Assembly (NCBI GenBank): GCA_047967505.1 | Contig: CM106538.1 | From: Dipteris shenzhenensis | Taxonomy: Eukaryota | Reading direction: 5' to 3' (one strand) | DNA: 64,000 nucleotides | Part shown: in pieces, positions 13,652-27,640 of the stretch | Position numbering within the stretch: the first letter of the stretch is position 1 | How the letters are laid out: every line of letters begins with the position of its first letter | Notes under the pieces: model-generated | The model's input: the letters and a program-made list of their open reading frames with translations, nothing else | Told to the model about the DNA's origin: nothing | The model's database searches: none | Program-made: the position numbers and the translations under genes

Positions 13652-14282
13652 ACTATCCCAAGATTGAAACTGCACACTGTGTTGTATTTTTAGAGGATGA
13701 GCTTGGGCATGTTCCTGGATTCATCTAGATATGTGCTTCCGCTGTATTAGCGGATATGCAAATTTCACCTTGTGAAGTTTTCGTCCATGTTGCGGCCTAT
13801 TGATATTGCGATAAATTCTTTCTATTTGAATGGTGCATTGCCCTATCAGATGGTCTAAGCATTTTTTTGCTTGGATGCTAAAATCATGTAGTCTTCACAA
13901 GCAGTTGTAGCTTGAATGAAGAGAATGTGGAATTTTTTTGATTAGCCTTCTCCTTTAGTGCTAGCCTTTGTCACAGCTGAGTCTGCCCTTCACCTCTGGA
14001 GTGTTGACAGAAACTCAGTACGAAGACCTTTGTATAAATGGATGCTCTAGTATGTGTGGGTGTGTGGATTTGTATGTGTGAGAGCATATGTTTATACTAT
14101 AGTCTACACCCACTGCTGGGCTGATGACGTCAGTGGGGGATGTCATAGTAGCTAGTCCCTGCTATGTGTGATGGAGTTTATGGTTTTCAGTCTTATGATT
14201 GACTTTTGTGAGATTGAAACTGCTATGTGTTGTATTTTTAGAGAATGAGTTTGGGCATGTTCCTAGATCCATCTAGATATAT
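13652..14282. repeat. Copy 1 of ~550-570 bp non-coding dispersed repeat (~1.15 units)
   Basis: agattgaaactgc recurs at 13661 and 14211; homologous to 51290-51755 and 53776-54575; flanked by atttatcaagca / atttattaagca. Confidence 0.85.
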
Positions 14283-15306
14283 ATTTATTAAGCAAAATTT
14301 TCAATTAAGGCTAAAACAATATGCTTGGAAATCACAGTAAATATGCAAAAGCTGAAAAACAAAAATTGTGAAAATCTTAGAAATTATGTATCTATCGTGC
14401 ATGAGCGGCATAAAATTTTATTCTTAAACAAGGCTTGCATATTTTACTGTATGATGCCTTTGATAAGAACATGCTCTAGTCAGGTGCATAGGAAGTTAAA
14501 GCCTAGACTGCTTAGATTCACTTTTATTGTAATTCTTTCTACAAATCTTAATGCACATGGATTTAAAATGAAAAAGACATTAAATATAAACCACTTGCTT
14601 ACTTTTTTCTAAAATTTCAAATTGTTTTATGTCCTCCCCCCCCCCCCCCCCCCCCCTTTTGCCTCCCTCCAAACACTCTCTCTCTCTTCCTCCCTTGCCT
14701 CTCCATTAAGGTTATACTTGAAGTCGAGGGCATAGGTTCAAGCGCTTCTTAGCTGCAGCCTTGCTGTGAGCACAACACCATATGATCAGAGTCAAGCTTG
14801 ATATATGCTTGCTTTGCAGCCGCTTTCTCTCTACAAATTTTTTGATCAACCAGTAAAGCTATTGGTAGCTATTTGAAAGCTAATATTGAGGCATAAGAAG
14901 CACTCAGCAGACATGGAACTAGAGAAAACTAGTTTAGTATGGTATGTTTTTTCTTTTGGCAATGTTGTTATTGACTATTATGCATATGGCTTGTATTGGA
15001 TTAGTAAAATGGATGGTTTTTAAAGCTTCCTTAACTAGGATATGTTTTTATCACTGTGTATCATGCTGGTTCTTTTGAGGACATTCTTGATCTGATCATT
15101 TATCCTCCCCTCCCCTTGCCTGCTCACCCCTTCCTGCATTCTCTGTCTGATCTTTTGCTTCATACCTCAGTTTTGGCAATTTGTAGTGTAAACGTGTGTT
15201 ATTTTTCTGAAGTTATGAAGGTTTAATGCATGTAAGTAAATTGATAGCTCAGTATTATCAATGCTTGAACAAACTTTAATGTTTCAAACCGTTGACTTTT
15301 TTACAG

Positions 15307-15551
15307 GTGTTGGATTTTGACTTTGAGAAATTTTGTTCTGTGTCCCTATCAAACTTGAATGTCTATGCATGCTTGGTCTGCGGAAAGTACTTTCAAGGGA
15401 GGGGTCGCAGTTCTCATGCCTACACTCATAGCCTTGAGGCAGGCCATCACGTCTTCATTAATCTACTTGCAGAGAAAGTCTATTGCTTGCCAGACGGATA
15501 TGAAGTAAATGATCCATCTTTGGATGACATTCGCCATGTGCTGAATCCAAG
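15307..15551 (+). CDS. USP39: USP39/Sad1 homolog, internal coding exon (ZnF-UBP domain)
   Basis: ttacag|GTG acceptor, AAG|gtatgc donor; encodes VLDFDFEKFCSVSLSNLNVYACLVCGKYFQGRG..HAYTHSLEAGHHVFINL..KVYCLPDGYEVNDPSLDDIRHVLNPR, the USP39 ZnF-UBP region; ends in phase 2. Confidence 0.95.
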
Positions 15552-16499
15552 GTATGCTCCTCAAACATGTCATCAACGTTATTTTGGTGTCTCTACTATC
15601 AAATGTAAGGTCTACTTTTTATACTTTTAGAATATTGCTTCACTGAGAATAGCACACACTAGCAAAATATAATTATCCTCTAGTCTTAACCAAAGGTTTG
15701 GTTGGTTGCTTGGACAATAGCACTATGTACCAATACTGACTCAAGTTTGTACTTTTTGAAGCATGCGAGGTTGGACTCTTTGCATGGGTTGTACTTGCAG
15801 CATTGCAACATTTAGTATCACTTTGGATTGCCGAATTTGGTAGCGCTAACTCTTATGACTAATTAGGTTGATTGCAACCAACTTATGCTCTGAAGAATTT
15901 CTCATTATCAAACATAGATGCCGCTTGAAGACAGAGATGTCCTCTTTGAGGTAGTCTTGTCTCTCATGGTTCAGCATGTGGTTGATCTCATATGTTTGCT
16001 TGGCTCATGCCATATCAATGTCCACTGCCTAGGGCTAGGAGTCATGAAAGGCAATACTAGACTACCATGAGCCATGCATGACAACTTAAGTGAGGCTCTA
16101 TGAGCCTTTGAAGAACTTCTCAAGAGTTGCAAGAAGTGATCATCATTGGATGCTTAAAGAGTATTCATGACCTAACAACATTTTTTGCATTACCAACTCT
16201 CCAATGGCTACCTCCTTGTCATGGAGATCTGATGCATCATTGACTCCTACGTTGTAGCATCATTTGCCCTTGTTGCTTCCCTTGTTGTATGAGGGAGTTT
16301 ATTTTGTATTTATTTTTAGGAGCCATGATAACAAGTACATTGGCATGGCGCTTCCCCTTCTAAAGGTTAGATCATAGATGGTAGGATGGAGTAAGTTGTT
16401 TGTACTTTGACCCCCAAACCCTCTATAATGAATCGCTACTTCTCTCTTCTCAAGTTATTTTGCGAGTCCTAGTGCATATAGAATTATGGCTTGGATCAA

Positions 16500-19400
16500 T
16501 GTGGTGGTGTAGAACCTTTCCACCTCACAAATTCATAGTTGTGAGTTGCTACATTTTTTCTACCAAAGCCCAAGTACATGTTGCAATGAAAGAGGCTTGG
16601 GCTGGATTGGTGAAGCGCCAGAGATGGCAGGAAAGGGGGGAAGAGGAGAGGGGAGAGGAAAGAGGAGAGAGAGAGATATGAGGGAAAGGGATAGAGGGAG
16701 AGGAAGAGAGAGAGAAGAGTGAGGGGAAGAGAGATGGAGAGAGAGTGTAGGCAGCACGTATGAGGAAGGATGTGGGAGTAGATAGGATTAGATGTCACAT
16801 CAAAAGGTACCCAAATAGGGGTGGATGGGGACTTAACCTAAGAGGCCTCTAAAGGTCCTCTAAATTGCCCCTTTTTCCCCTTCTTTACAGCCATCCCTTC
16901 CCATAGAATTTTGCCCTCAAAATTTTATAGCATGGCTGTCCAAAAAGAGTGTAACAAACAGCAACTACTAATCAGCCCGGTAGGAGATAGGGGTGGTCCT
17001 GGAAATGCTTTCTGCCTGCCATGAATTTCCATCCTCAGGGAGTCCCCGCCACTTGATAAGATACTTCATGTAGACCTTGTTGCGGAGCACATGGTCTCTG
17101 AAACCCACGATGTGCTCTGGAACATAGAGGATGTGGTTGTCCTCATCCATAGGTGGCAACTCGGGAAGAACATGGACACGCTGTCCCACATGTGGTTTCA
17201 GCAAAGTCACATGGAAAACATCATGGATCTTGGAGGTACTGGGTAGCTCCATGTGATGTGCTACCTCTCCAAACTTGCGGATGACGCAAATGCACATAAT
17301 CTCCCTATTTGAAAGACAAATATCTCCTGTGTTCATCTGCATATTTCTTCTGCTTGGCTTGGGCATCTTGCATATTCTTTTTTGCCAACTGCAGAAGGGC
17401 ATCCATCCTCTCCGAGTCATTCCGTGCTTGCTGATTTTTCACAGCCATGTTAGCAATTGAAGAAGGCATCTTCACCTTGCATCCGTACATTGCCTCAAAC
17501 GGGCTCATGCCAATGGAGAGATGCTTGGTACTAATGTAGCAAAATTCAGCAACTGCTGCCAACCATTTATCCCAAGCCTTCTGAGTATCATGACAAAAGT
17601 GCCTCAAATATTCCTCCACCCATTTGTTCACCCTTTCCGACTGTCCATCATTCTCAGGATGGTAAGCAATGCCCACTGCTGTAAATTACTCCTGCCAAAA
17701 GTGACCCATAAATTTTGCATCTCTGTCACTAACAATTCCCTGAGGGAAGCCATGATGCTTAAAGACATGCTCAATGAATTGCCAAGCAACCCGTGATGCT
17801 GAATACCGGGTGTTAGTGGGTATGAAATGGGCTTGTTTTGTCATCCTATCCACCAACAATAGAGACGCTGTTTCATCCCCTCTCTGTAGAAGGCAATCCT
17901 GTGATGAAATCTATTGCTATGTGCATCCATTTGTCCTCTAGAATGGGTAATGGCTGCAAAAGACCTGCGGGTAACTTGCTGTCCAATTTATTATGTTGGC
18001 AAGGCAAGCATTCAGCTACGTATTTAACCACATCCCTCCACATGCCTTCCCAAAAGCTCTTGTATGTTTTAGTGACACTCATATGTCCAGCCATGGGAGA
18101 GGAGTGCATTTCTTGCAAAACCAGCTGTCTATTTTTTGAGTCTGGCACTAAATAAATTCTGTCTTGGCACCACAACAGTCCATTATGCAATTTGCATTCT
18201 GGATAACCCTGGCTAGAAGGCTTCTGCAAATCTGAAAATATGGGAGCTGCCTTAGAATTCTGCATATACTCTTCTTGAATGCCATGAATCCACTCCTGAT
18301 ATATGGTAGAGATAGCAGACAAATTGCAAGCCCACATCCTGGACAAGGCATTTGCAAATTTTCCTTCCCTTTTCTGTACTCAATGTCAAAATCATCGGAT
18401 TGGACTGCAGCCAACCACCTCTTCTACTTATAGGACAAATTTGGCTGGGTGAGGAAGAATCTGAGTGTCCTATGATCTGTTTTCACCTTAATTTTACTCC
18501 CATACAGATAGTGGTGCCATTTCTTGAATGCATGCAAGATAGCCAATATCTCCTGATCATAAACATGGTAATTGAGTTCTTTGGCATCAAACTTCGTGCT
18601 TTCAAAGGCTATTACCCCGTGCTCCTGCCTCAGAACAGCCCCCAATCCTTTGCCACTGGCATTTGCCTCCACAATGAAAGGATACGAAAAATCAGGGCAT
18701 ACCAAGACAGGTGCATGAGTGAGAGCAAATTTCAGGTCTTCAAAGCTACGTTGTGCTTCCTTTGACCACCGAAAAGCATCCTTCTTCAAGAGGTCAATAA
18801 GAGGAGCTTCCCTCTTGGCAAATTTGCGAATAAAGCACCTATAGAAGGAAGCAAGATCTAAAAATCCTCTCAATTGGGTGGGATTTTGTGGCTGTGGCCA
18901 ATCTTTGATGCATTTCACCTTTGTAGGATCCATCCGAATGCCCATGCCCTAGGTACTCAACCTCCTTTGCCATAAAAGTGCATTTGCTGGCTTTTGTATA
19001 AAGCTGATGCATCCTCAAAATTTCCAGCACCTACTTCACATGCTCAATGTGCTCTTGTCTATCCTTGCTGTAAATGAGGATATCATCAATGAAAACCAGC
19101 ACGCATTTGAAAAGAAGTGGCTGCAATATCTTGTTCATCAATGCCTTGAAGGTGACTGGTGCATTAGTCAATCCAAAAAGCATCACCTTGAATTCATACA
19201 AGCCCCGTTTTGTGCGGAAAGCCATCTTGTGCTCATCTCCTTCTTTCACCCTGATTTGATGGTCACCAGACCTCAAATCTATCTATGTGAAAAACTGAGC
19301 ACCCTTGAGTTCAAACAATAGATCATCTATCATGGGGATTAGAAACTTGTTCTTGATAGTGGCCTTATTTAGATCCCTGTAATCAATGCACATGCGGTAC

Positions 19401-22400
19401 GATCCATCTTTCTTCTTCACCAGAAGCACCGGGGAGGCAAAAGGAGAAGTGCTATGAGAGATGATGTTCTTCTCAAGCAATTCCCGCACTTGTATTACTC
19501 CCGCTCAACCTTAGAGAGACGGTATGGGGCTTTGTTTATGGGCTTACTGCCAGGCTCTAGGACAATGGCATGATCCACATCCCTCTTGGGAGGCAATTGG
19601 GATGGCATATCAGCAAATACATCAGGAAACTCCGAGAGCAACTACTGCATATCACGATTCTCAACACGGGGAATGCTACCCCTTGAGATATTGACACATT
19701 CAATGCATAGAGGGCATGGTCCTTTCTGAGATCTCTGGCTAGTTGCCTTGCTGAAATGACCTGCAATTTAGGAGTGGCAATGCCATGCAATGCTACAGTT
19801 CTACCCTTGTGGACAAAGCTGAGTGATAAGGCATTTAAATCCATGCTGATTTTACCCAAAGTTTTGAACCAATTGCAGCTCAAGACAGCATATATTGGGC
19901 CCATATCCAATGCCAAGAGATCCCCAACAAAATCATAATCCTCAGAGACCTTGATCCTTGCATCTTGGCAACCAAAAGCTGTCCATTTGCCACCTCTATT
20001 CTCAGGCCATGATCAATCTGGGTAGCAATCAGTCCCAACTTTTGGTCTTCGAGTTGATGAAACTATGAGTGCTACCGCTGTCCACAAGCATGTGAACAGT
20101 GCTGCCATTAAATTGCCCTTTGAATATGATAGTTTCAGCACTTCTAGCACCCATCAAGGCAAGAAAAGAGATGGCATAAATTGTTTGCTGCGCATCCCGA
20201 TAGATCTCGTCCTCGTCTACAGGAGCATTTCCACTTGCATCCTCTCATGCATGAAAAGGCATAGCAACTTGATGCTCCACATGAAAGGCTGTAGGCCAAT
20301 GGCCTCGCATGCCACAGGTGGGTTGAGGTCATTGGATTGTATACCATGCATATTATGTTCAATAGCACGACCGGGATCAAAGGGAAATTAGCCCCCTTCC
20401 ATACTAGAGCTTCTTCCATGTTCTGTGCACCCTCTGAATCATCATGAGTGGCATCCAAAGTCTCAGAAGCATCCATTAAATCCTCATCATCCGATATCTC
20501 AATAATCATGCTGAGTTTTGCAGTACCACTTTTACGCATTAGTAAACTTCCCGATGCTCAGGAGTCCACTTCTCACCACACTTAAAGCATGAGTTTGCCC
20601 GCTTTCGGCTGTCCATAATAGCCATCATGTGTTGTTTAAATTCTGTTTTTTCATTTCCAACTCTTGGCTTAGCTCCTGGCTTAGCATATGGCATCTTGCT
20701 GCCTGTGACAGTGGGAAACCTTGGAAATGGTGGTGCTGCTAATTTCCTATTATGCCAATCAGTCACCTTAGGCTTCTTCTCAGCCTCATTTGCATTCCCA
20801 TATGCGCTGCCCGTTGTCGACAATCTTATACTTGCTAGCATATTTGGTCTCAAACACCTCTGCCAATTGGGCTGCTTGCTCAATTGTTTGAGGGTTATGT
20901 GCCTTGACATTTGCAGCGAGAGGACTCAATCCCTGGATGAAACGCAGCAACTTCCCTCTCTCAGATACGTCCTGTACAAACAAGGAAAGTCTCCAAAAGC
21001 GTTGCAAGTACCCTTGGACGGTACCAGTCTGCGACAATGCATAGAATTCAGCCAGATATTGCTCCAGTATGAGCGGGGATACAACTGTGGTGATCATCAA
21101 TTCCTTGAACTCCTTCCATGTGGCTGGCTTCTGAGGCGAGTCCCTCATATAATGCCACCAAGTATGTGCATAGTCTTGCATGTGCATACCTGCAAAGATA
21201 ATGTGGTCCTCATCTTGCTTTGGGTAGAAGCGGAAATAATCTTCTAGCTTTGTAAGCCACTCCTCCAGCTCATTAGGTGTGCGAGTGTCCCCTTTGAACT
21301 TATGAACTGTGAGTTTGTCCTTGATATCCTTGGCTGCATAATTCCTGTGTGTGTAACCTTCGGAAGTGCGGGCATCATCACGCTTGAGGTTCACATAATC
21401 GGAAAAGGACATCTCAAGTTTGATGGCCTCAGGTAGGGCCTTATATGAACGCAGGAATCTACCAGCATCTCATCAAAAGTGGCATGCTTCCCACCACTAA
21501 CACCCTGCTGTGTAGTAGCTGCTGCCATTTGATGCACTGGATGCGTTTGGCCGTAGGTGCTTACTGGAGGAGCGATAAGTGCATGAACCCTGGCTGGGCC
21601 TCTCTACCAAATGCATCTCTCCGGAATGATGGCATGATAAAGGGCTGAGAAGAGGACTGACCTCTCTCCTACAAGTGTGGCTGGCCATATAAACCAAAAC
21701 CAGCTCCAAGCATACTCGCTGCTGCGGTGAAAGGACTGGATGCATACCATTGGGTCGACCCAAAAGAGATGGCTTAGCTTGCATGGATGCAGAAAACTGT
21801 GAGCCAAAAGATGGCCTGATATCTTGCAAGAAGGTGCTCTGCGGCATAGAAAATGCATCATCTAAGTCCAGATAATCCCCATGCTGGGGTACATGCAACG
21901 GTGTAGAAGACTGATGCTCATAGGCATGGCGGGCATCTGGCATAAAACCCCTGCGTGGAGCAGACAAAACTTTCTGACTGTCTGAGTGGTTCCCTGCTGG
22001 GGTGCGGGCTGCTTACCTTTGTCTTGCATGGCCTGGCCAATCTGCTGCTTGAGCTGCTGTCCCATTTGGGCAAGAGCCATATCCTGCATAGCCATGGCCG
22101 TGGTAAGTTGCTGGCTGGACTCTTGTCCCATCTGGCGGAAAGCACCCTGGAGCATAGAAGCAAAGGTGTCCAAAAACTGTCTGCGCTGCTTGCACTTCTC
22201 AAGATGCAGGAGAGAGAGGCTGAGTTGTAGGGATCTCTGTACCACCAGTGGATGCACCCATTATGGGAAGCAATTGCTCATGCTGAGCAGCCTCATCACT
22301 ATCATGCAATGTATCCCGACGGCACGCTTGAGTGGCATGGTGGCTGTTCGGAACTCTGATGTAATGAGCCTGATAGAGTGTGTAGAACCACAAAAAAAAG

Positions 22401-22430
22401 TTGATGGCGAAGCTTGGGAAGAAAATCAAT
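16500..22430 (-). mobile_element. Chromodomain Ty3/gypsy retrotransposon, decayed
   Basis: gag (20539-21412, CFKCGEKWTPEH), RT ([30 protein letters not shown]), RNase H, integrase (GLLQPLPI, YHPENDGQSERVN), chromodomain (YLIKWRGLPEDGNSW); PPT then putative 3' LTR 16500-16889; many frameshifts; no 5' LTR seen. Confidence 0.88.
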
Positions 22431-22999
22431 GAAGAGGCTTTAAAATGGAGTCGAAATGGTTCCAAACTGGGCTGTGAAAGGCCCCAAAAAAGAGGCTGAA
22501 ATTTTGACTTTTTATCCTTTTTTTTTTGGAGGGTTCCTAAATCACCTAAGACACTTGGGACTCCTAGCCTAAAGACTGCTAAGACAGTTAGGAACACTAA
22601 GGACCCCTTAGTTAGCATAACTTAACCCCAATGAAGATTTAACTCAACCCTGGTTACCTTAACCACTAACCTAACCCTCTAACTAGACCCCAGTTACCTA
22701 ATCGACCCAACTAACTAAATGAAACTGGCCTCTAATAACTCAGAGGGCAGTGGAACTAAACATTTAATCACTTTAGCACTTATTTACAGCTCACAAAGCA
22801 TATATCACATCCATTAACCATTGCATGATCACCATTTGGCATTTACCCATTTGTTCACAAACAGAACCACTGAAAAAGGAATGGAGGCTAGAATGCCCCT
22901 GCTCAACAAACATAGAAAAGTGCACCCGATTGGCCTCAAACACCGTGGCGCCCCTTTCGGTATTTCTTTATATTTGATAGTGAAATGATTACAAGTTGC

Positions 23000-25900
23000 A
23001 TCTGGGAGACCTTCTTTGCACAATTGAGCACACAGCCCCAATTCACTGAGCCTTCGCAAGGCTTTCAAGCATAGAACACCATCACATAAGTGCACTTAAC
23101 CCATAGGCTCAATCCAAAGGCATTCTCTTTTCCGAGTGCAATTCCATTGGTTGTCCAGATGCAATCACACTGCACCCCAGCTGCACTCTCTTTGAGTGGT
23201 TTCTAGATGGCATTCACAAAGCTTTTCAAAGCTCCAAAATAAAATCAGCAAAGTACCCAACCAAAGAATGACTCATGTAGCACTGCTTGGGCACCCGTGA
23301 ACCAAGAAAGAGGCGGCACACGAGGCCAACCAATAGCTTATGGCAAAAAGAAATTGCAGCAGCAAAATCACAACTCACCAAGCCCTGAAAACTCGAACCA
23401 AGTGCTCAATTGCCAAGAGGACATAGTAGCCAATGCCCAATTGCATTCTCAGCCAAAGAGGAGTGCAACGGCATGAAGAAAGAGCATTTGCAAGAGCCGA
23501 CCAGCAAGAATTCCACTGAAAAATGCGAAAAGAAGCACTTCTGTCGCGAAGAAGTGGGAGTTCTTGGGCTCAAAAGAAGCGTGCTTCAGAGAGGAATGCA
23601 TTGAGAAGGTTTTTGAGAAGTTTCATCACCGGAAAGTCCTCCAAAACTGAGAAAAACTAGTCAACCAGCGTGTGGGACCACTCGAAATTAAATAGAAAGC
23701 TGTAGCTTTGCAAGAGGAGAGGCCCAGGAGGCTGTAGAAGCAAAAAAGCCACTTTTGCAAATTTGACCAGCAAAAGAAGTGCTCAGCTCTGCCTGTTCTA
23801 ACAAACGCACGGAGGGAAAAGCATATCACTGCGAAGGGGAGGCAGATGGGATGCCATCGGGCCAAACGGGAGTCGAGGAATCCAAACGGGTGAGGAAAAA
23901 CGGAATTTGTTGAAGGAGGCTGAAAAACCAGTCCAAAATCTCAACAAAGGGAGAAGATGAGAGAGAAAATGACACATGTGAAGTTTAGAAGGTCCAGGAA
24001 TGGCAAAGGAGTATGTAGAAGGCACTAGAGCCACCTGAACTTTAGGGGGGCCATTGAAGGTACATGGCCCTCTAGGGGGCCTGTTAAAAATGCCACATCA
24101 TCATTTTCCAACAACCACTCTTTTAATTCCTTGGAATGCCTTTGGGCCTAGGGATTAATTATGCTTATGTGCTAGGTATCATGCCGCGTTTAATTACACA
24201 TTATGAAGCCAACGCTTGGAATTTTAAAACTAAAGTTGTCACGGTCTTGTAGTACATTAAAGTACTTAGAATTTCATGTCCCCGTGACACACCCCTCTCT
24301 TGAAACAGCAAACCACAGTTTGTTGCCCCAAAACACAGGAGCGAGCATGAAATATAGAATGAAAGAGTATACAAGAAAGCCGCAGCTATAGTATACAGAG
24401 ACAGTGAAAATATGGCTAGGAGAGGCATGCATCCATCCATATACATTGCTCAAAATCTATGTGATTCTCGGCGATCAATAGTCAAGATGCATCAATATCA
24501 TGAAGTCTCATAGCAGAAATATTGTCAGCTCAGTATCTCGGATGAAACATATAGTGTCATCAAGCGACCTCATGAAATCACGTGAGCCCGTCTGTACTGA
24601 GGGAGTGGAGGTGCTACGTCCCTCTCGAATACCAGGTAATGCTTCAGACGCTTGCTCTGCTGAACTACCTGTAGGAGCCTGGACCACAGTCAGCTCTAAT
24701 TAGAAAGCATCAAGGTAAAGCTGTAATATCCCAGGTGAATCTGCCAGTTCACCTTCCTCCATCCATTTCGCATCAAGTGATGGGTAATTTTGAAAATTTA
24801 CCAAGGAGCGACGAATAACTTTACCCTTGAGCTTTCTATCTCTGTGTGCCAGAATTTGCTCTGGGACTAAAAGTTCATCTTGTTCTTTCACTTCAGGCTG
24901 TACCTCATCAGGTAAATCCTCGGGAACATCTCCATAATATTACTTCAACAAGCTCACATGAAAGGCATTATGTATCTTCCAATGCGGAGGCAACTTCAGC
25001 CTGTAAGCTACCTCGTTTATCTCTTCAGAAACCTTAAAAGGACCATAGTAACGCATGTTCAGCTTTGTGTACAACCTTTCCTTGTCTTTCTTATTTTTCA
25101 GCCTTGCCTTCTGAAAATGCAGCAAAACCCAATCACCTTCTTTGAATACCAATTCCTTGTGGTGCTTATCTGCTGCTCTTTTCTGCTTGTCTTGACTTCT
25201 TTGCAAGGCATATTTGATCTTCTTGTAAGCCTCTTCAAGGCTGTCCACAAAACGATCAGCTTCGAAGATTTTCTCTTTTGTATGCAAAATGGGAGGTATC
25301 TTCCTGGCACCTTCCACTATTTCAAAAGGTGCTTTACCTATGGATGTGTGCACCGTATTATCGTAAGCATATTCCAGCAAAGGAAAATAAGGCTCCCATT
25401 TGCTTTTTTGGTATGAGACATAGCATTTAAACATATCCAAGATGGTAGAGTTTTCCTGCTCCGATTGTCCATCAGATTGAGGGTGAAAAGATGACGAAAA
25501 ATTCAGCGTAGTGCCCATATTTTCAAACAGCCCTCTCCAAAAGAGGCTGGTCATCCTCGGATCTCTATCACTGATTATGGATTCAGGCATCCCATGATAC
25601 TTGAAGACATGCTGCAGAAACAATTTGGCCATTTGATCTAGTGTAATTTTCTTTCTTATTGGCACAAAGTGGGCTTGTTTGCTAAACCTGCAAATTATTG
25701 TCCACAATCCATCATGTCCAGTAGGAGTACGTGGAAGATCAAACACAAAATCCATACCTATGCTTTGCCATGGTCTATCCGGAATTGGCAAAGGGTGTAA
25801 CAACCTAGGTGCCTTCTACCTGTCAAACTTTACTTTTTGACAAACCATGCATGTTCTCACATATTCTTCCACATCTTTCCTCAAAGATGCTCAAAGATGG

Positions 25901-27640
25901 CCAATAAAAGTATTGCTCCACTGCTGTAATTGTTGCTGTAATTCCCCTATGTCCTGCATATGGAGGAGCATGACTTTCCATTATGACTTTCTGTCACATT
26001 TGATTAGTGACACAGAGTCGTCCATGCATCAAAATGAAACCCTCTTTCAACATATAGTGTTCATGCCTTTGACCATCAGAAAGCTGATCATAAATAGTTG
26101 AAAAATCAGCATCATTAACATACTGATCTTTCATCACATCTAACACATTGTTGTAAGCAATGCTCACTGCTGAAACACTGGGTTTCTTAGAGATTGCTTT
26201 AGGTTGTGGTTTCCTAGAAAGTGCATCAGCCACGACATTTTTATTACCCGGCACATGTACAATTTGAAAATGAAACATTGAGAGGAAGTTAGCCCATCTC
26301 ATGTGCTTTTCAGATAATTTTCTCTGCATGAGAAAATATCTAAGTGACTGATGATTTGTCTGCACATAGAAATCAGCTCCAAGAAGGTAATGTTTCCATG
26401 TGGTCAAAGCATGTACCACTGCTAACATTTCCTTCTCGTATGTCTGCAAGTATAATTCAGCATCTTTGAGAACTCTACTCTCATATGCAACCACTCTACC
26501 ATCCTGCATCAAAGTGCCTCCTATGCCGTTCCCACATGCATCACAAGTTACAGCAAAGGGTTTTGCAAGATCTGGGAAGATAATAATAGGTTCAGAACAC
26601 AACTTTTGCTTCAGCTCTTCAAAAGTTGCATTTTCCTTTGGTCCCCGCCAAAACAGTACAGATTTCTTTTGTAAAGCATGCAAGGGAGAAGCAATTTCTG
26701 CAAAGTACTTTATAAACCTCCGATAGTATGAACACAATCCAAGGAAGCTTTTGACTTCATGCAGATTTTTTAGAATTGGCCAATTCCTTATGGCCTCAAC
26801 TTTTGCAGGATCCATCTTGACTCCATCCTTTGACACTATATGACGGAGAAAATGAATCTCATGCATAAAGAACTCACTTTTCTTTGTGTTTATCAACAGC
26901 TTGTGTCTTTTCAACTCTTGAAACACAATAGTGAGGTATTTCCTGTGCTCCCTCTCATTTTTAGAGAACACAATGATGTCATCGAAGAAAGTGCCCACAA
27001 ACTTTCTGTGTGCTGTAAAAATTCTATCCATCATTCTATTGAAAGTGGCAGGTGCATTAGTCAAACCAAAAGGCATCACAAGGAACTCATATAAGCCAAA
27101 TGAAGTGCGGAAGGCAGTCTTGTAGACATCTTCAGGCCGTAATGGTATCCACTTTTAAGGTCAATACGATTGAACATCGAGGAACCTTCCAACCGATCCA
27201 ATACATCATCAATGCGTGGAATTGGAAAATGGTTCTTAATTGTGACTTTATTCAAAGCCCTATAATCAATACACATTCTCCAATTGCCATCCTTCTTTTG
27301 CACAAGCAACACAAGGGAACAGTAAGGAGAATTACTTGGCTGTATTAATTCCTTTTCCAAGAGTTCCTTCACTTGTGACATTATCTCTTCCTGTTGTGCC
27401 TTATTGACACGATAGGGAGGTATATTAGGCGGTGAGCTTCCTGGAATTATATCAATTCGATGATCCTCGGGCCTCTTGGGAGGTAATTCTTGAGGAAGTG
27501 CATCTGAGAAACAATCCTGAAAATCTGAAATAAAAGCAGCTCTTTCTCTATCTAAAGCAGAAAGAGTAGAGCCTTCTTGAACTGGTTGGCTGTCCTCTTT
27601 GATAAAAATCAAGTACGCTGAAATATGATGCTTTATTACA
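23000..27640 (-). mobile_element. Second chromodomain Ty3/gypsy, 5'-truncated (RT to 3' LTR)
   Basis: RT (MPFGLTNAPATF, FFDDIIVFS), RNase H (TCDACG, NVVADALSR), integrase 24940-25803, chromodomain 24700-24891; PPT agagaggggtg then TGTCAC at ~24289 starts the putative LTR; distal LTR end uncertain. Confidence 0.85.

Noticed and set aside
14120-14150. Hammerhead ribozyme in the 560-bp repeat (CTGATGA present)
   Set aside because: I found no stem II followed by GAAA and no matching stem III/UH site on either strand by eye; the motif sits in a simple hairpin. A covariance search is still warranted.
11400-15306. First exon/promoter of the USP39 gene
   Set aside because: No CPYLDTVNRQ-like coding segment with a donor site was found by eye; probably upstream of the window.
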